Source: Candidatus Latescibacterota bacterium
GTDB taxonomy: Bacteria > Latescibacterota > UBA2968
NCBI GenBank assembly: GCA_965208125.1
Contig: OZ242320.1
Location: forward strand, 2,752,001 to 2,816,000
Direction of reading: 5' to 3'
DNA: 64,000 nucleotides
In this document: positions 20,578 through 29,460 of the stretch, piece by piece
Numbering within the stretch: position 1 is the stretch's first letter
Layout of the letters: each line of letters begins with the position of its first letter
Notes under the pieces: generated by a model
Database searches by the model: none
What the model was told of the DNA's origin: nothing
Seen by the model: only the letters and a program-made list of their open reading frames with translations
Translations under genes and position numbers: made by a program

Positions 20578-21585
20578 ATGGGATCAATAAAGGCAGCAGT
20601 AGTGGGGCTTGGATTGGGCCAGCATTTCGTTCGTGGACTGGTTGGGCATCCGGATGTAGATAGGCTTGTCCTGGTAGATCTGGACGCCGATCGAGCCGAA
20701 ATGGTTCAAAGGGAGCACGACGAGGTGGCTGCCGTCTATGAGATGCTCGACGTCATGCTCGAAAAGGAGCGTCCTGATGCGGTGTGTGTCGTGACTCCCG
20801 ACCATCTCCATCGGCCACATTCAATCGCTTGCTTCGAGGCTGGAGCCCATGTGTTGCAGACAAAACCGCTTGCGACAAATCTTGAGGACGCGCGTGCAAT
20901 TTTGGCTGCGGCGAAGGCGGCTGGGAAGAAAGTGATGGTAGCGCACGAGCGCAGGTTTCGGCCACGCGTCAAGCGAATCAAAGCGATTCTCGATGCTGGC
21001 GAAGTGGGCGATTTGATTCACCTCCGTATCGATGCGGTCCAGGACAAACGCGGGCAGTTTGCGCGTTCGCCGTGGTATGCGTCGGTAGAGGCGGGTCGGA
21101 GTGCCCTGAACGGTTCGGGCATTCATGAAGTGGATCTTGCGCGACATTACGCAGGCCTACCTGTCGAGTCTGTCTGTGCTTTCGCCAATCGGCTCGGCAA
21201 TCTGGAGTTCCCAAGAGACAAAACAACATCCGCCCTGTTCCAGTTTGCAGGTGGCGTCGTGGGTCAGGTCACGGTGACCTACGAGGCGCGCTGGCCGCGT
21301 TCGAATTCTCTCGATGATACGTTCCGAGTGGTTGCTTCTGAAGGCATGATTGTGGGAACGCATGTCTATCGTGAAGGGGCAGAGGACTGGGAAGATTTAA
21401 GCGGTTTGGACAACAGTACAGCGTCGGGGATCACGGGGGCCGTTCATGCGTTTGTCGATTCGGTTGTGAACGATGCACCGATCGCGGTGACCGGTGAAGA
21501 TGCCTTCGACTCGCTCGCGGCGGCATGCGCGGCCGATACATCGGCTGAACGGGGCGAGGTGGTGCGCCCAGAAACGCTGGATTGA
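20578..21585 (+). CDS. Gfo/Idh/MocA family oxidoreductase
   Basis: VVGLGLG Rossmann motif, VTPDHLH, TKPLA, GIHEVD; SD AAGGAGG. Confidence 0.9.
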   Translation: MGSIKAAVVGLGLGQHFVRGLVGHPDVDRLVLVDLDADRAEMVQREHDEVAAVYEMLDVMLEKERPDAVCVVTPDHLHRPHSIACFEAGAHVLQTKPLATNLEDARAILAAAKAAGKKVMVAHERRFRPRVKRIKAILDAGEVGDLIHLRIDAVQDKRGQFARSPWYASVEAGRSALNGSGIHEVDLARHYAGLPVESVCAFANRLGNLEFPRDKTTSALFQFAGGVVGQVTVTYEARWPRSNSLDDTFRVVASEGMIVGTHVYREGAEDWEDLSGLDNSTASGITGAVHAFVDSVVNDAPIAVTGEDAFDSLAAACAADTSAERGEVVRPETLD

Positions 21586-21587
21586 TG

Positions 21588-22841
21588 TCAAGTCCGCCAC
21601 AATCTGGGGACCCTGACGGGTGTTTCAGTTACGGGCCAGTATTCGGGGGGTGCGTCTTCCCAATGGGGTACGGTGCGCGCGTCTCGATCAAAAATGATTT
21701 GTCCATTGCGAATTGTGAGCCGACAGATCAGGCGTTGATCCGTATCTATTCGCGTATAGCCGCAGTCTTGAAATGAGAAGTTTCCGGTTTCGAGGGCCAA
21801 TACTGCGATGTCCGCTTCTGCGCCTATCGATAGTGTGCCCAATTCCGGGCGTCCGATTGCACGCGCTGGCGTCGCGGTTGATCTGTAAATTACGTCTTCG
21901 AGGGTCATGCCCATTGCCAGACATTTTGACATGGTGTCTTGCATGCTGAATACGGTACCAGAAATATTACCCATGTGCAGGTCTGTGCTGATGGAGTCGG
22001 GAGCAAATCCATTGGCAATGGCTCGCGCTCCGTTTCGATACCAGAAGCTCGCGGCACCGTGCCCCAGGTCAAACCAGATTCCGCGTTCTCTGGCTTCAAA
22101 CATATACGGCTGGACGTTTCCGTTGTCATCTACTACGGGGAATTGCCTCGCATAGACATGGGTGTGAATATCACCGGGACGGAGTTTGTCGAGGATTAAT
22201 GCGGGGTAGGACCGTTCGGGTGGTCGCGGCCAAAAATCGACCATGACGGGCATGTCGCATCCATCGCCCGCTTCAACTGCTTTTTCCACCGATTCCCAAG
22301 GCGGGTGCATTTCGTCAAATGGCGCGCTTGTCCAGTAATGTGCTGTTTTGATGCCGACGACCACTTCGCTGTGTTCGAGAGCGGCTTTTGCCGCGCCATC
22401 TACGTCAAAAGTTCGGATATCCTGCTCTGGCGCACCCATACCGGGGGCAGAAATATTTACATAGGCCAGGACCCGCGTTTTTGCATGTTCCATGACGGTT
22501 TGGCGAAAATGCGCTATTTCCTCGCATCCCGCGGTTCCCGTATCTACGCATGTTGTTACGCCAGAATGTGGGAAATGTGCATCCGGATTCAGGCTTGAAC
22601 TGAAGAGGCCCTCTCCTAATGCTCGGGTGAAGTAGGCGTGGATGTGAATATCGATCAATCCGGGCGTTACTATCAGGTCTGCCACATCTACCACATGGTC
22701 TGCTTCTTCTGCGGCGATATCCGCTTCTACCTTTGCAATTTTCCCATGTGCAATTCCCACATCGCATAATCCATTTATCTTATTGGCGGGATCAATCACC
22801 CGTCCGCCTTTTAACAGCAGGTCGAATTTACCTTCGGCCAT
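21588..22841 (-). CDS. Amidohydrolase/deacetylase family metallohydrolase (dihydroorotase-like, EF_0837 type)
   Basis: LLKGGRVIDP, PGLIDIHIH, GVTTCVDTG, VGIK, FDLGHG, ISTDLH. Confidence 0.88.
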   Translation of the reverse strand: MAEGKFDLLLKGGRVIDPANKINGLCDVGIAHGKIAKVEADIAAEEADHVVDVADLIVTPGLIDIHIHAYFTRALGEGLFSSSLNPDAHFPHSGVTTCVDTGTAGCEEIAHFRQTVMEHAKTRVLAYVNISAPGMGAPEQDIRTFDVDGAAKAALEHSEVVVGIKTAHYWTSAPFDEMHPPWESVEKAVEAGDGCDMPVMVDFWPRPPERSYPALILDKLRPGDIHTHVYARQFPVVDDNGNVQPYMFEARERGIWFDLGHGAASFWYRNGARAIANGFAPDSISTDLHMGNISGTVFSMQDTMSKCLAMGMTLEDVIYRSTATPARAIGRPELGTLSIGAEADIAVLALETGNFSFQDCGYTRIDTDQRLICRLTIRNGQIIFDRDARTVPHWEDAPPEYWPVTETPVRVPRLWRT

Positions 22842-22985
22842 GACTTACCTCCAATTGCGTTTTTCGGATATTCATCTACTTGAGTATTATGTGCCATAAT
22901 CGTATATTTAACAAGAGTTGTATGGTGTGAGCCAATTGGTCGGGAAAGGATTTCCCTCTGCAAAACGTTTACAATCAGAAAATTT

Positions 22986-23822
22986 TTGGGAATTAAACCA
23001 TTGATTGCCAATGCCAAAAGATGTGTTCGTGGTTTCTCTATTTGTTGGTGCATTTTCTTTTTTACGACGTGCAACCAGACGCCGCCTCTTCCGGGTGCAG
23101 ATTCACCCGCTTCTGAATCTGCGCTTCCGTCCAGCTATACTTATACTGTTGTCAATACCTATTTACACGATCCCAATGCTTTTACGCAGGGTTTGGTTTT
23201 TGAAGATGGTTTTTTTTATGAAGGTACCGGACAATACGGCGCTTCAACTATTCGCAGGGTTATGCCTGCCACAGGCGCAGTTTTGGCGCAGAAAAGCATT
23301 GCACCCAATTTTTTTGGGGAAGGCATCGCGATTTTTGGCGACCGCCTGTATCAACTTACATGGAAATCGGGTATATGCTTTGTGTACGACAAAAACACAT
23401 TTGAGTTACAGGCTCAATTTACATATTCCACGGAGGGTTGGGGGCTTACACACGATGGTGAAAAGCTGATTATGAGCGATGGTACAAATATTATTTATTT
23501 TCGGGATCCCAATACATTTAGAGAAATTGGGCGTATCGAAGTGACCGATAGCACGGGTCCGGTTCACTATCTCAACGAGCTTGAATATATCAAGGGGCAG
23601 ATTTTCGCCAATGTTTGGCAAACCGATCGCATTGCCCGCATCGATCCCAAAAGCGGTAAGATTACGGGCTGGGTCAATCTCGCGGGTATTCTCTCTCAAA
23701 CCGATCGCTTGAATCACCGCGTTGGCGTGCTAAATGGCATTGCTTATGCTGCTGCGACTGATCGCATTTTTGTTACGGGTAAATGGTGGCCCAAATTGTT
23801 TGAAATCAAACTCGTTCAGTAA
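22986..23822 (+). CDS. Glutaminyl-peptide cyclotransferase (probable lipoprotein; start uncertain)
   Basis: AFTQGL, FGEGI, EGWGLT, MSDGT, LNELE, VLNGIAY, TGKWWP. Confidence 0.92.
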   Translation: MGIKPLIANAKRCVRGFSICWCIFFFTTCNQTPPLPGADSPASESALPSSYTYTVVNTYLHDPNAFTQGLVFEDGFFYEGTGQYGASTIRRVMPATGAVLAQKSIAPNFFGEGIAIFGDRLYQLTWKSGICFVYDKNTFELQAQFTYSTEGWGLTHDGEKLIMSDGTNIIYFRDPNTFREIGRIEVTDSTGPVHYLNELEYIKGQIFANVWQTDRIARIDPKSGKITGWVNLAGILSQTDRLNHRVGVLNGIAYAAATDRIFVTGKWWPKLFEIKLVQ

Positions 23823-23834
23823 CAGGAGTTACCC

Positions 23835-24581
23835 ATGAAATGGACAGACGAACAACTCGCACAATACGATGAACAGGGTTATCTTTTTATGCCCGGTTTG
23901 CTCTCATCCGATGAGGTCGATGCACTCAATGGCGATGTTCCGCTTTTGCTCAATGGTGAGAACGACGGGTTGCATCGGGAACGCGAACGCGGCGGTGCTG
24001 TGCGTCAGGTTTATCTTGCTCATCGGAGTGTTGATGCGTTTCAGGAACTCATTGGCTATCCAAAAATCCTGTATCCCGTTCGGCAGATTCTCAATGATGA
24101 CGTGTATGTCTGGCACTCGAAACTCAATGTCAAAGATGCGTTTGAAGGCACGGTATGGCTGTGGCACCAGGACTATGGGTACTGGATGTGGGATGGGGTT
24201 GATCCGCGTCTCGTATCTGCTATGGTTTTTCTGGATCGGGCCACGCTCAACAATGGTTGTTTGATGGTGGTATCGGGGTCCCATAAATGGGGACGGCAGG
24301 AGCACTATGCGGATACGGTTACGACGAGCTATAAGCAGTGGTGTATTGATACAGATACTCTAAAAGAAAAAATTTGTGAGGAAGATATTGAGCATATTAC
24401 GGGAAAGCCGGGTGATGTGCTGTTTTTTGATTGCAATATCGTGCATGGCTCAGGTCACAACATGTCGCCGTTGCCCCGCAAGACATTTATCATCGCGTAC
24501 AATGCCATATCCAATAAGCCCCGTGCGGTCGAAAATCCCCGACCCGACTGGGTGGTGGCTCGCACGTTTGATATTGTTTGA
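23835..24581 (+). CDS. Phytanoyl-CoA dioxygenase (PhyH/EctD-like) family protein
   Basis: SKLNVK, WHQDYGYW (HxD), NGCLMVVSGSH, VHGSGHN..R. Confidence 0.9.
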   Translation: MKWTDEQLAQYDEQGYLFMPGLLSSDEVDALNGDVPLLLNGENDGLHRERERGGAVRQVYLAHRSVDAFQELIGYPKILYPVRQILNDDVYVWHSKLNVKDAFEGTVWLWHQDYGYWMWDGVDPRLVSAMVFLDRATLNNGCLMVVSGSHKWGRQEHYADTVTTSYKQWCIDTDTLKEKICEEDIEHITGKPGDVLFFDCNIVHGSGHNMSPLPRKTFIIAYNAISNKPRAVENPRPDWVVARTFDIV

Positions 24582-24582
24582 C

Positions 24583-24611
24583 TTGACATTGAAAAGGAAG
24601 TAATCTATTCT
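24583..24611 (+). promoter_or_regulatory. sigma70-type promoter for the amidohydrolase-Rieske pair
   Basis: TTGACA-N17-TATTCT; SD AGGAGG before ATG 24637. Confidence 0.7.
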
Positions 24612-24636
24612 CCTGACCATCACATAGGAGGCTGCG

Positions 24637-25749
24637 ATGTCTGCTACTACAACTGCTCCACGTACAAATGGCAGGGCAAATTCTCTTACAAAGATGACGA
24701 TTGTAGATTGCGATGTACACCATTCTCCGGACAAAGGCGATGCGCTATATCCGTATATGCCGCGTCATTTTGTCGAGTATATCAAAGATTTTGGTACGAT
24801 GATGCCAAGACTCGGATATACGAATATGCCGGGAGGCGGTGCGCGAAAAGATTTGTGGGAAAATCCAAAGGAAAATCCCGCCCATCAGCCACAGGTCTGT
24901 ATTGAGAAGCACCTCGATATGTATGATATAGATTACGCGGTTCTCACGGGTGGGCCTTATGCAGCAGCTGTTCACAACAACCCGGATTACGCGTCGGCTT
25001 ATTGCAGTGCTTTTAACGATTGGACAAAAGACCACTGGATCAGTGCCGATCCGAGGTTTCGGGCTTCGATTCATATTTGCCCCGTAGATCCGCAACTCGC
25101 GGTAAAGGAAATTGACCGTCTGGGTCCCGATCCGGCTTTTGTGCAGGTTATGATGCCCGCGGGTGCTCGCATGCCTTTTGGCAATCGCCACTACCATCCC
25201 ATTTACGAAGCCTGTGAAAGACACGGATTGCCTGTTTCGGTTCACTTTGGGGCCGAAGGTGCTGGTCTTGCAGCACCGCCCACTGCTGCGGGTTATCCCA
25301 CCTATTATCTCGAGATGCGGATGGCGCGGCCCCAAATTGCACAGGCTCATGTCACGAGTCTCGTTGTGGAGGGCGTGTTTGAGAAATTCCAGAATTTCCA
25401 CTTTATATTTGTCGAGATGGATACTTTCTGGCTGCCGGGTCTTATGTGGCACCTCGATCTCGATTGGCGCGCGCTGCGCGATTACACGCCGTGGGTCAAA
25501 CGCCTGCCCAGCGAGTATATTCGCGAGCATATCCGCCTGGGTACGCAACCTATGCCCGATATACCGGGCGGAAAGGAAGATCTGGAGACGTATTTGCGCT
25601 GGATGCACGCCGAGGATACCCTTGTTTTTGCCAGTGATTATCCACATTGGGACTGGGATGAACCCGGTCACGTCCTTCGCAATATTGACCGCGATCTGAA
25701 AAAGCGTATTATGGGCGAGAATGCCGCCGAGATATTTGGGCTTTTCTGA
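24637..25749 (+). CDS. Amidohydro_2-fold protein, probable amidohydrolase-related dinuclear oxygenase
   Basis: DCDVHH, AFNDW, PVSVH, FVEMD, RLPSEY, FASDYPHWD; stop overlaps the start of the Rieske gene. Confidence 0.8.
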   Translation: MSATTTAPRTNGRANSLTKMTIVDCDVHHSPDKGDALYPYMPRHFVEYIKDFGTMMPRLGYTNMPGGGARKDLWENPKENPAHQPQVCIEKHLDMYDIDYAVLTGGPYAAAVHNNPDYASAYCSAFNDWTKDHWISADPRFRASIHICPVDPQLAVKEIDRLGPDPAFVQVMMPAGARMPFGNRHYHPIYEACERHGLPVSVHFGAEGAGLAAPPTAAGYPTYYLEMRMARPQIAQAHVTSLVVEGVFEKFQNFHFIFVEMDTFWLPGLMWHLDLDWRALRDYTPWVKRLPSEYIREHIRLGTQPMPDIPGGKEDLETYLRWMHAEDTLVFASDYPHWDWDEPGHVLRNIDRDLKKRIMGENAAEIFGLF

Positions 25750-26123
25750 TGTCGAAACACAGGGTAGCGAAAATAGCGGATTTGCCCCCTGGCGAGCGCA
25801 AGATCGTGACGATTAATAACCGGGAGATTGGTGTTCTCAATGTGGATGGCAATCTGTATGCCCTGCGCAATATTTGCCCCCACCGCCTGGGTCCGATCTG
25901 CAAGGGCCGTGTACGCCCACTCGTTGTGTGGGAGGGCGAAGAGGTGCGCGATGGGCGCTTTACCGATATCGGCCATGAACGCGAGAACGAAATTATCAAG
26001 TGCCCCTGGCACAACTGGGAATTTGATCTGAAGACCGGCAAATCCATTACAGATGACGATTTGCGCGTGCGTACCTATCGCGTGGAGGTCGAGGATGATG
26101 ATGTTGTGCTTTATCTGAGGTGA
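25749..26123 (+). CDS. Rieske [2Fe-2S] ferredoxin
   Basis: NICPH ... KCPWHNWEFDLKTG. Confidence 0.93.
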   Translation: MSKHRVAKIADLPPGERKIVTINNREIGVLNVDGNLYALRNICPHRLGPICKGRVRPLVVWEGEEVRDGRFTDIGHERENEIIKCPWHNWEFDLKTGKSITDDDLRVRTYRVEVEDDDVVLYLR

Positions 26124-26165
26124 GATGTAAAATCCACTAAGGACACGAAGAAACACAAAGGGATC

Positions 26166-26229
26166 GTAGGGGCGATTCCGTGAACTGGTCTGGACTGCGA
26201 CCAGTTGTACATCGCCCGTGGTCGCCCTC
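26166..26229 (+). repeat. Composite GTAG-type REP-like palindrome with nested hairpin
   Basis: GTAGGGGCGA...AACTGGTC/GACCAGTT...TCGCCC..TCGCCCT. Confidence 0.6.
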
Positions 26230-26298
26230 GAAATATTAAGATACAAGAGGCGGGGAAGGGTGGACTTGATTACTGACAACTTTTTAAAGAGAAATCTT

Positions 26299-27069
26299 AT
26301 GCAGCTTACTTTTAGCACGACTGTTTGCTCCGATTTACTTTTGCCCGATGCGCTGAATATTGCCACAGAAGCAGGTTTTAGTCGCATTGAACTTTTCCGC
26401 ACGTTTACCGAGAGTTCACCCGTTCATGCGGATACGTCGGTGCGTATGGTGCGCGAGCGTCTGGACAATGCGGGCGTTACGCTCACGGGTCTCAATATTC
26501 GCAATATCACGGGACGCAATTCCAGCAAGGACGAACGCGATTTGGGATACAATATGCGCCAGGTCGAATGGGATATCCATCTTTCTCGCGCTCTGCGGCT
26601 GCAGTGTGCCAATCTCAAAGGCGGTGATCGCACAGACGAGGCGCGCGAAGATTTTATTAAAGGCATTAATCACGTGCTCGGGCGCGTTTCTGACTTTACC
26701 CTCAATATAGGCAATCACAAGGGAAATTTGTTCGAGAATATCGATGACTATCAGCGCATTTTGCCCGAGCTTCCCGATCGCGCCAAAGTGCTGATGGATA
26801 CGGGTCATCTTCTTTCAGCAGGGGTTGATGTGCGGGCTTTTGCAGAAGCTTTTGCCGATCGCATTGGCCTTGTTCATCTGAGAGATCAGAAGGGTGAAAC
26901 TCCCGTGCCTTTTGGCGAGGGCGATTTGCCTTTTGGAGATGTGATCGGTATTCTCAAGGGCGCAGGTTATGATGGCGAACTCGTCATCGAATTGGAAAAA
27001 GTCACCTGGAGTGAACCGGTCCAGGCCTGTGCTGCTGCGCGTGAATATGTCGAAAAAATCCTATTCTGA
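26299..27069 (+). CDS. Sugar phosphate isomerase/epimerase (AP-endonuclease-2 TIM barrel)
   Basis: AGFSRIEL, DTGH, LVHLRD, PFGEGDLPF, GYDGELVIE; start placed at ATG 26299. Confidence 0.85.
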   Translation: MQLTFSTTVCSDLLLPDALNIATEAGFSRIELFRTFTESSPVHADTSVRMVRERLDNAGVTLTGLNIRNITGRNSSKDERDLGYNMRQVEWDIHLSRALRLQCANLKGGDRTDEAREDFIKGINHVLGRVSDFTLNIGNHKGNLFENIDDYQRILPELPDRAKVLMDTGHLLSAGVDVRAFAEAFADRIGLVHLRDQKGETPVPFGEGDLPFGDVIGILKGAGYDGELVIELEKVTWSEPVQACAAAREYVEKILF

Positions 27070-27077
27070 ATGAGCCT

Positions 27078-27479
27078 ATGTCCCATGCACTGAGCAAACA
27101 TCTGCTCGTCGATTTGTACGGTTGTTCCGCCGATATGCTCAATGATGTCACTGCGCTTGAAAAGGTTATGATTGAAGCTGCCCAACGCGCAGGTGCCACG
27201 GTTATTAATAGCATGTTTCATCACTTTTCGCCTTTCGGTGTATCGGGTGTTGTGGTCATTCAGGAAAGCCACCTGACCATCCACACATGGCCAGAGCAGG
27301 GTTTTGCAGCGGTTGACCTTTTTACCTGTGGCACGCAGACCAAACCACGGCGCGCTTTGATCCACTTAAAACGCGCACTCCAATCTACACGGATCGAAGT
27401 GCGACAATTCAGGCGTGGGCAAGGTGATTCATCGGCTGCAAAGATCAACCGCAACTTTGAGGAAGATAGTGACCCATAA
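27078..27479 (+). CDS. speD: S-adenosylmethionine decarboxylase proenzyme (class 1B)
   Basis: HHFSPFGVSGVVVIQESHLTIHTWPE (ESH cleavage site), DLFTCG. Confidence 0.9.
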   Translation: MSHALSKHLLVDLYGCSADMLNDVTALEKVMIEAAQRAGATVINSMFHHFSPFGVSGVVVIQESHLTIHTWPEQGFAAVDLFTCGTQTKPRRALIHLKRALQSTRIEVRQFRRGQGDSSAAKINRNFEEDSDP

Positions 27480-27497
27480 CTTTTTAATATAAAAAGT

Positions 27498-27546
27498 AAG
27501 CGCCCGTCGATTGGTGTACAACTGCAATATGACGGGCGTTCTTTAT
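27498..27546 (+). terminator. Possible terminator hairpin after speD
   Basis: GCGCCCGTC...GACGGGCGT inverted repeat, long loop, weak T tail. Confidence 0.45.
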
Positions 27547-27589
27547 ATACACGCCTATTTTTCACGATTCTAAATACAATGGAGGGCGT

Positions 27590-27841
27590 ATGACCTCAGA
27601 TCAAGCTACAGATATTCGATCCATACTTATTGCGATGTTTGAGGCTATTGATAAAAAAGAAAATATCGCCGAGCATTTGCTCAAACTCGACGATATTCAG
27701 CGCAGCCTTGACCGGGATACGCCAGCACAACTCAGACATTTTCTCGAGCGCCGTAGTTATACCAAAGCTCTCGAATATCTCGATACGGGTACGTTTACCG
27801 ATGATCCCAACCGCCCCGACTGCGACGACCATCCCCATTAA
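27590..27841 (+). CDS. Small hypothetical helical protein
   Basis: SD GGAGGG; 83 aa containing PAQLRHFLERRSYTKALEYL. Confidence 0.7.
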   Translation: MTSDQATDIRSILIAMFEAIDKKENIAEHLLKLDDIQRSLDRDTPAQLRHFLERRSYTKALEYLDTGTFTDDPNRPDCDDHPH

Positions 27842-27858
27842 TTTTCAGGAGTTCAGCT

Positions 27859-28164
27859 ATGTCTGTCACAACCCGCACCGATATCAAGGGCATTTCTCGT
27901 TTTCTATTTACCGAAGGCACAGATGCCGACCGTCTGCACTTACATGTTTCAGAAGTTGGTCCAGGTCAGCGCGCCCACCCGCCACACCGGCACGATGGGT
28001 GGGAGATTTTCTACGTTATTAAAGGCAATGGTGAAGTTCTTTACGGAGATCAAGCACATCCGGTCAATACGGGTGAAGCCATGCATCTCGAATGCAGTAT
28101 TTTGCACGGGATAAAAAATATCGGCGATGCCCCGCTTCAATACGCCGTGATTATTAGAAAATGA
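27859..28164 (+). CDS. Cupin domain protein
   Basis: HPPHRHDGWEIFYVIKGNG ... HGIKN cupin motifs. Confidence 0.88.
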   Translation: MSVTTRTDIKGISRFLFTEGTDADRLHLHVSEVGPGQRAHPPHRHDGWEIFYVIKGNGEVLYGDQAHPVNTGEAMHLECSILHGIKNIGDAPLQYAVIIRK

Positions 28165-28172
28165 GTAGGGAA

Positions 28173-29312
28173 TCAGTAGCGTTTTCGCAACACATCCATA
28201 ATATGTGCCGAGAGCGATTGCACGGTTTCGTCAAAATTTATATTTTCAACAGTTATGATGCGATGTGCTTCGCCCACTTTGAGGATATGTTGCTGAATCT
28301 GTAAAATGGCATCGAGGTTTTCTACATAGCGATGTGATGTCCTTTGTATTGCCTCTTCACTGCGGAATTCAAAACGCTCGGCATATTGCTTTTTGTCATC
28401 TAAGTACAAAGTCATCCAGATAAATGTTGCCTGATCTTTATAAGTGCTCAAATCGATCAAATCGGGCAAGAGATGCACGCCGTCAATCACCAGATTAACA
28501 TGCTCTTCAATGGCGCGCTCAATCATCGCTCGCACGCCAACGCCAACGCGAACAGCCTGTTCGCGAAATGCCTGCACAACCGGTGGGTGCTCATCGCCCA
28601 ACTCTGCGCCCGTATGTTTCCATGCAAAAAATGAAGAGGCGTGTAATGCGGGCATCAGTTCGGGTGAGATCATCAATCGCATAATCTGTCTAATGGCATC
28701 GGTGGATGCGACGCGCGAAATTTTTAGCTGATTGGCCAGTGCCAATCCCACAGAGGTTTTGCCCACTCCAGTTGCGCCGCTGATGAGAATAATGAGTGGT
28801 TTGTGCTGTTGGTCCCTGCGAAATCTGTACCAGGCCTCATAGCGCTCGGCATACTGAGAGCCATAGCCATCTTTTAAGCTTTTCAGCGTTATCTTGAAAA
28901 GCTGTGGCCGCTTAATTACTCTGTTTTGTGAACTCGAAAGTTTTTGTGCGACCTCTGAGGCAATCTGGTGTGTGAGGTCGTGATCCAGCCCTATGGCTTC
29001 GAGTGAATCGGCGAGCCGCTCCAGAGAAAATAGCGCCCTGTCTTCGCCTTCTTCGATAAAAATTTGCCGCGATGTGGGTTCCCAAAAGATGGCATCGCCA
29101 ATTATCCGATCACCAAATTCGCGCTTCACCTGTTTTCGCACCAGGTCGGCCATATCTTCGGCGTTGATGTCTTTCGCTTTTTGAAGTGACCGACGGATGC
29201 CATCTGCGAATTTGTATGCCTCTTGAAATGCGAATCCATGCTCAATTAAATAATGCGCCAGCATGCCCCGCAAAAATGGAATCCTTTTTTTGCCATCAAC
29301 AATTGTCGCCAT
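28173..29312 (-). CDS. 2-phosphoglycerate kinase-like P-loop kinase with tandem N-terminal ATP-cone-like domains
   Basis: PFLRGMLA and FSLERLADSL cone-like starts; ISGATGVGKT, STDAIRQIMR, LHASSF, IDGVHL. Confidence 0.8.
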   Translation of the reverse strand: MATIVDGKKRIPFLRGMLAHYLIEHGFAFQEAYKFADGIRRSLQKAKDINAEDMADLVRKQVKREFGDRIIGDAIFWEPTSRQIFIEEGEDRALFSLERLADSLEAIGLDHDLTHQIASEVAQKLSSSQNRVIKRPQLFKITLKSLKDGYGSQYAERYEAWYRFRRDQQHKPLIILISGATGVGKTSVGLALANQLKISRVASTDAIRQIMRLMISPELMPALHASSFFAWKHTGAELGDEHPPVVQAFREQAVRVGVGVRAMIERAIEEHVNLVIDGVHLLPDLIDLSTYKDQATFIWMTLYLDDKKQYAERFEFRSEEAIQRTSHRYVENLDAILQIQQHILKVGEAHRIITVENINFDETVQSLSAHIMDVLRKRY

Positions 29313-29460
29313 GGCAGTCTCCCACAAAACGCAGCTTTTTCAAAAATAACTGCTCGTACTCGAACTTAGCGAACCTTTTGCACGGTGTCAAGTCTCTGTA
29401 TTACGGCTCGCTAAAGAGGCGAGCAGGGATTACGTGACCAACCAAAATGCGAGGAATTTT

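Noticed and set aside
23835-24581. Ectoine hydroxylase ectD
   Set aside because: The family resemblance is there, but the EctD signature is not matched and no ectABC is nearby; kept as generic PhyH.
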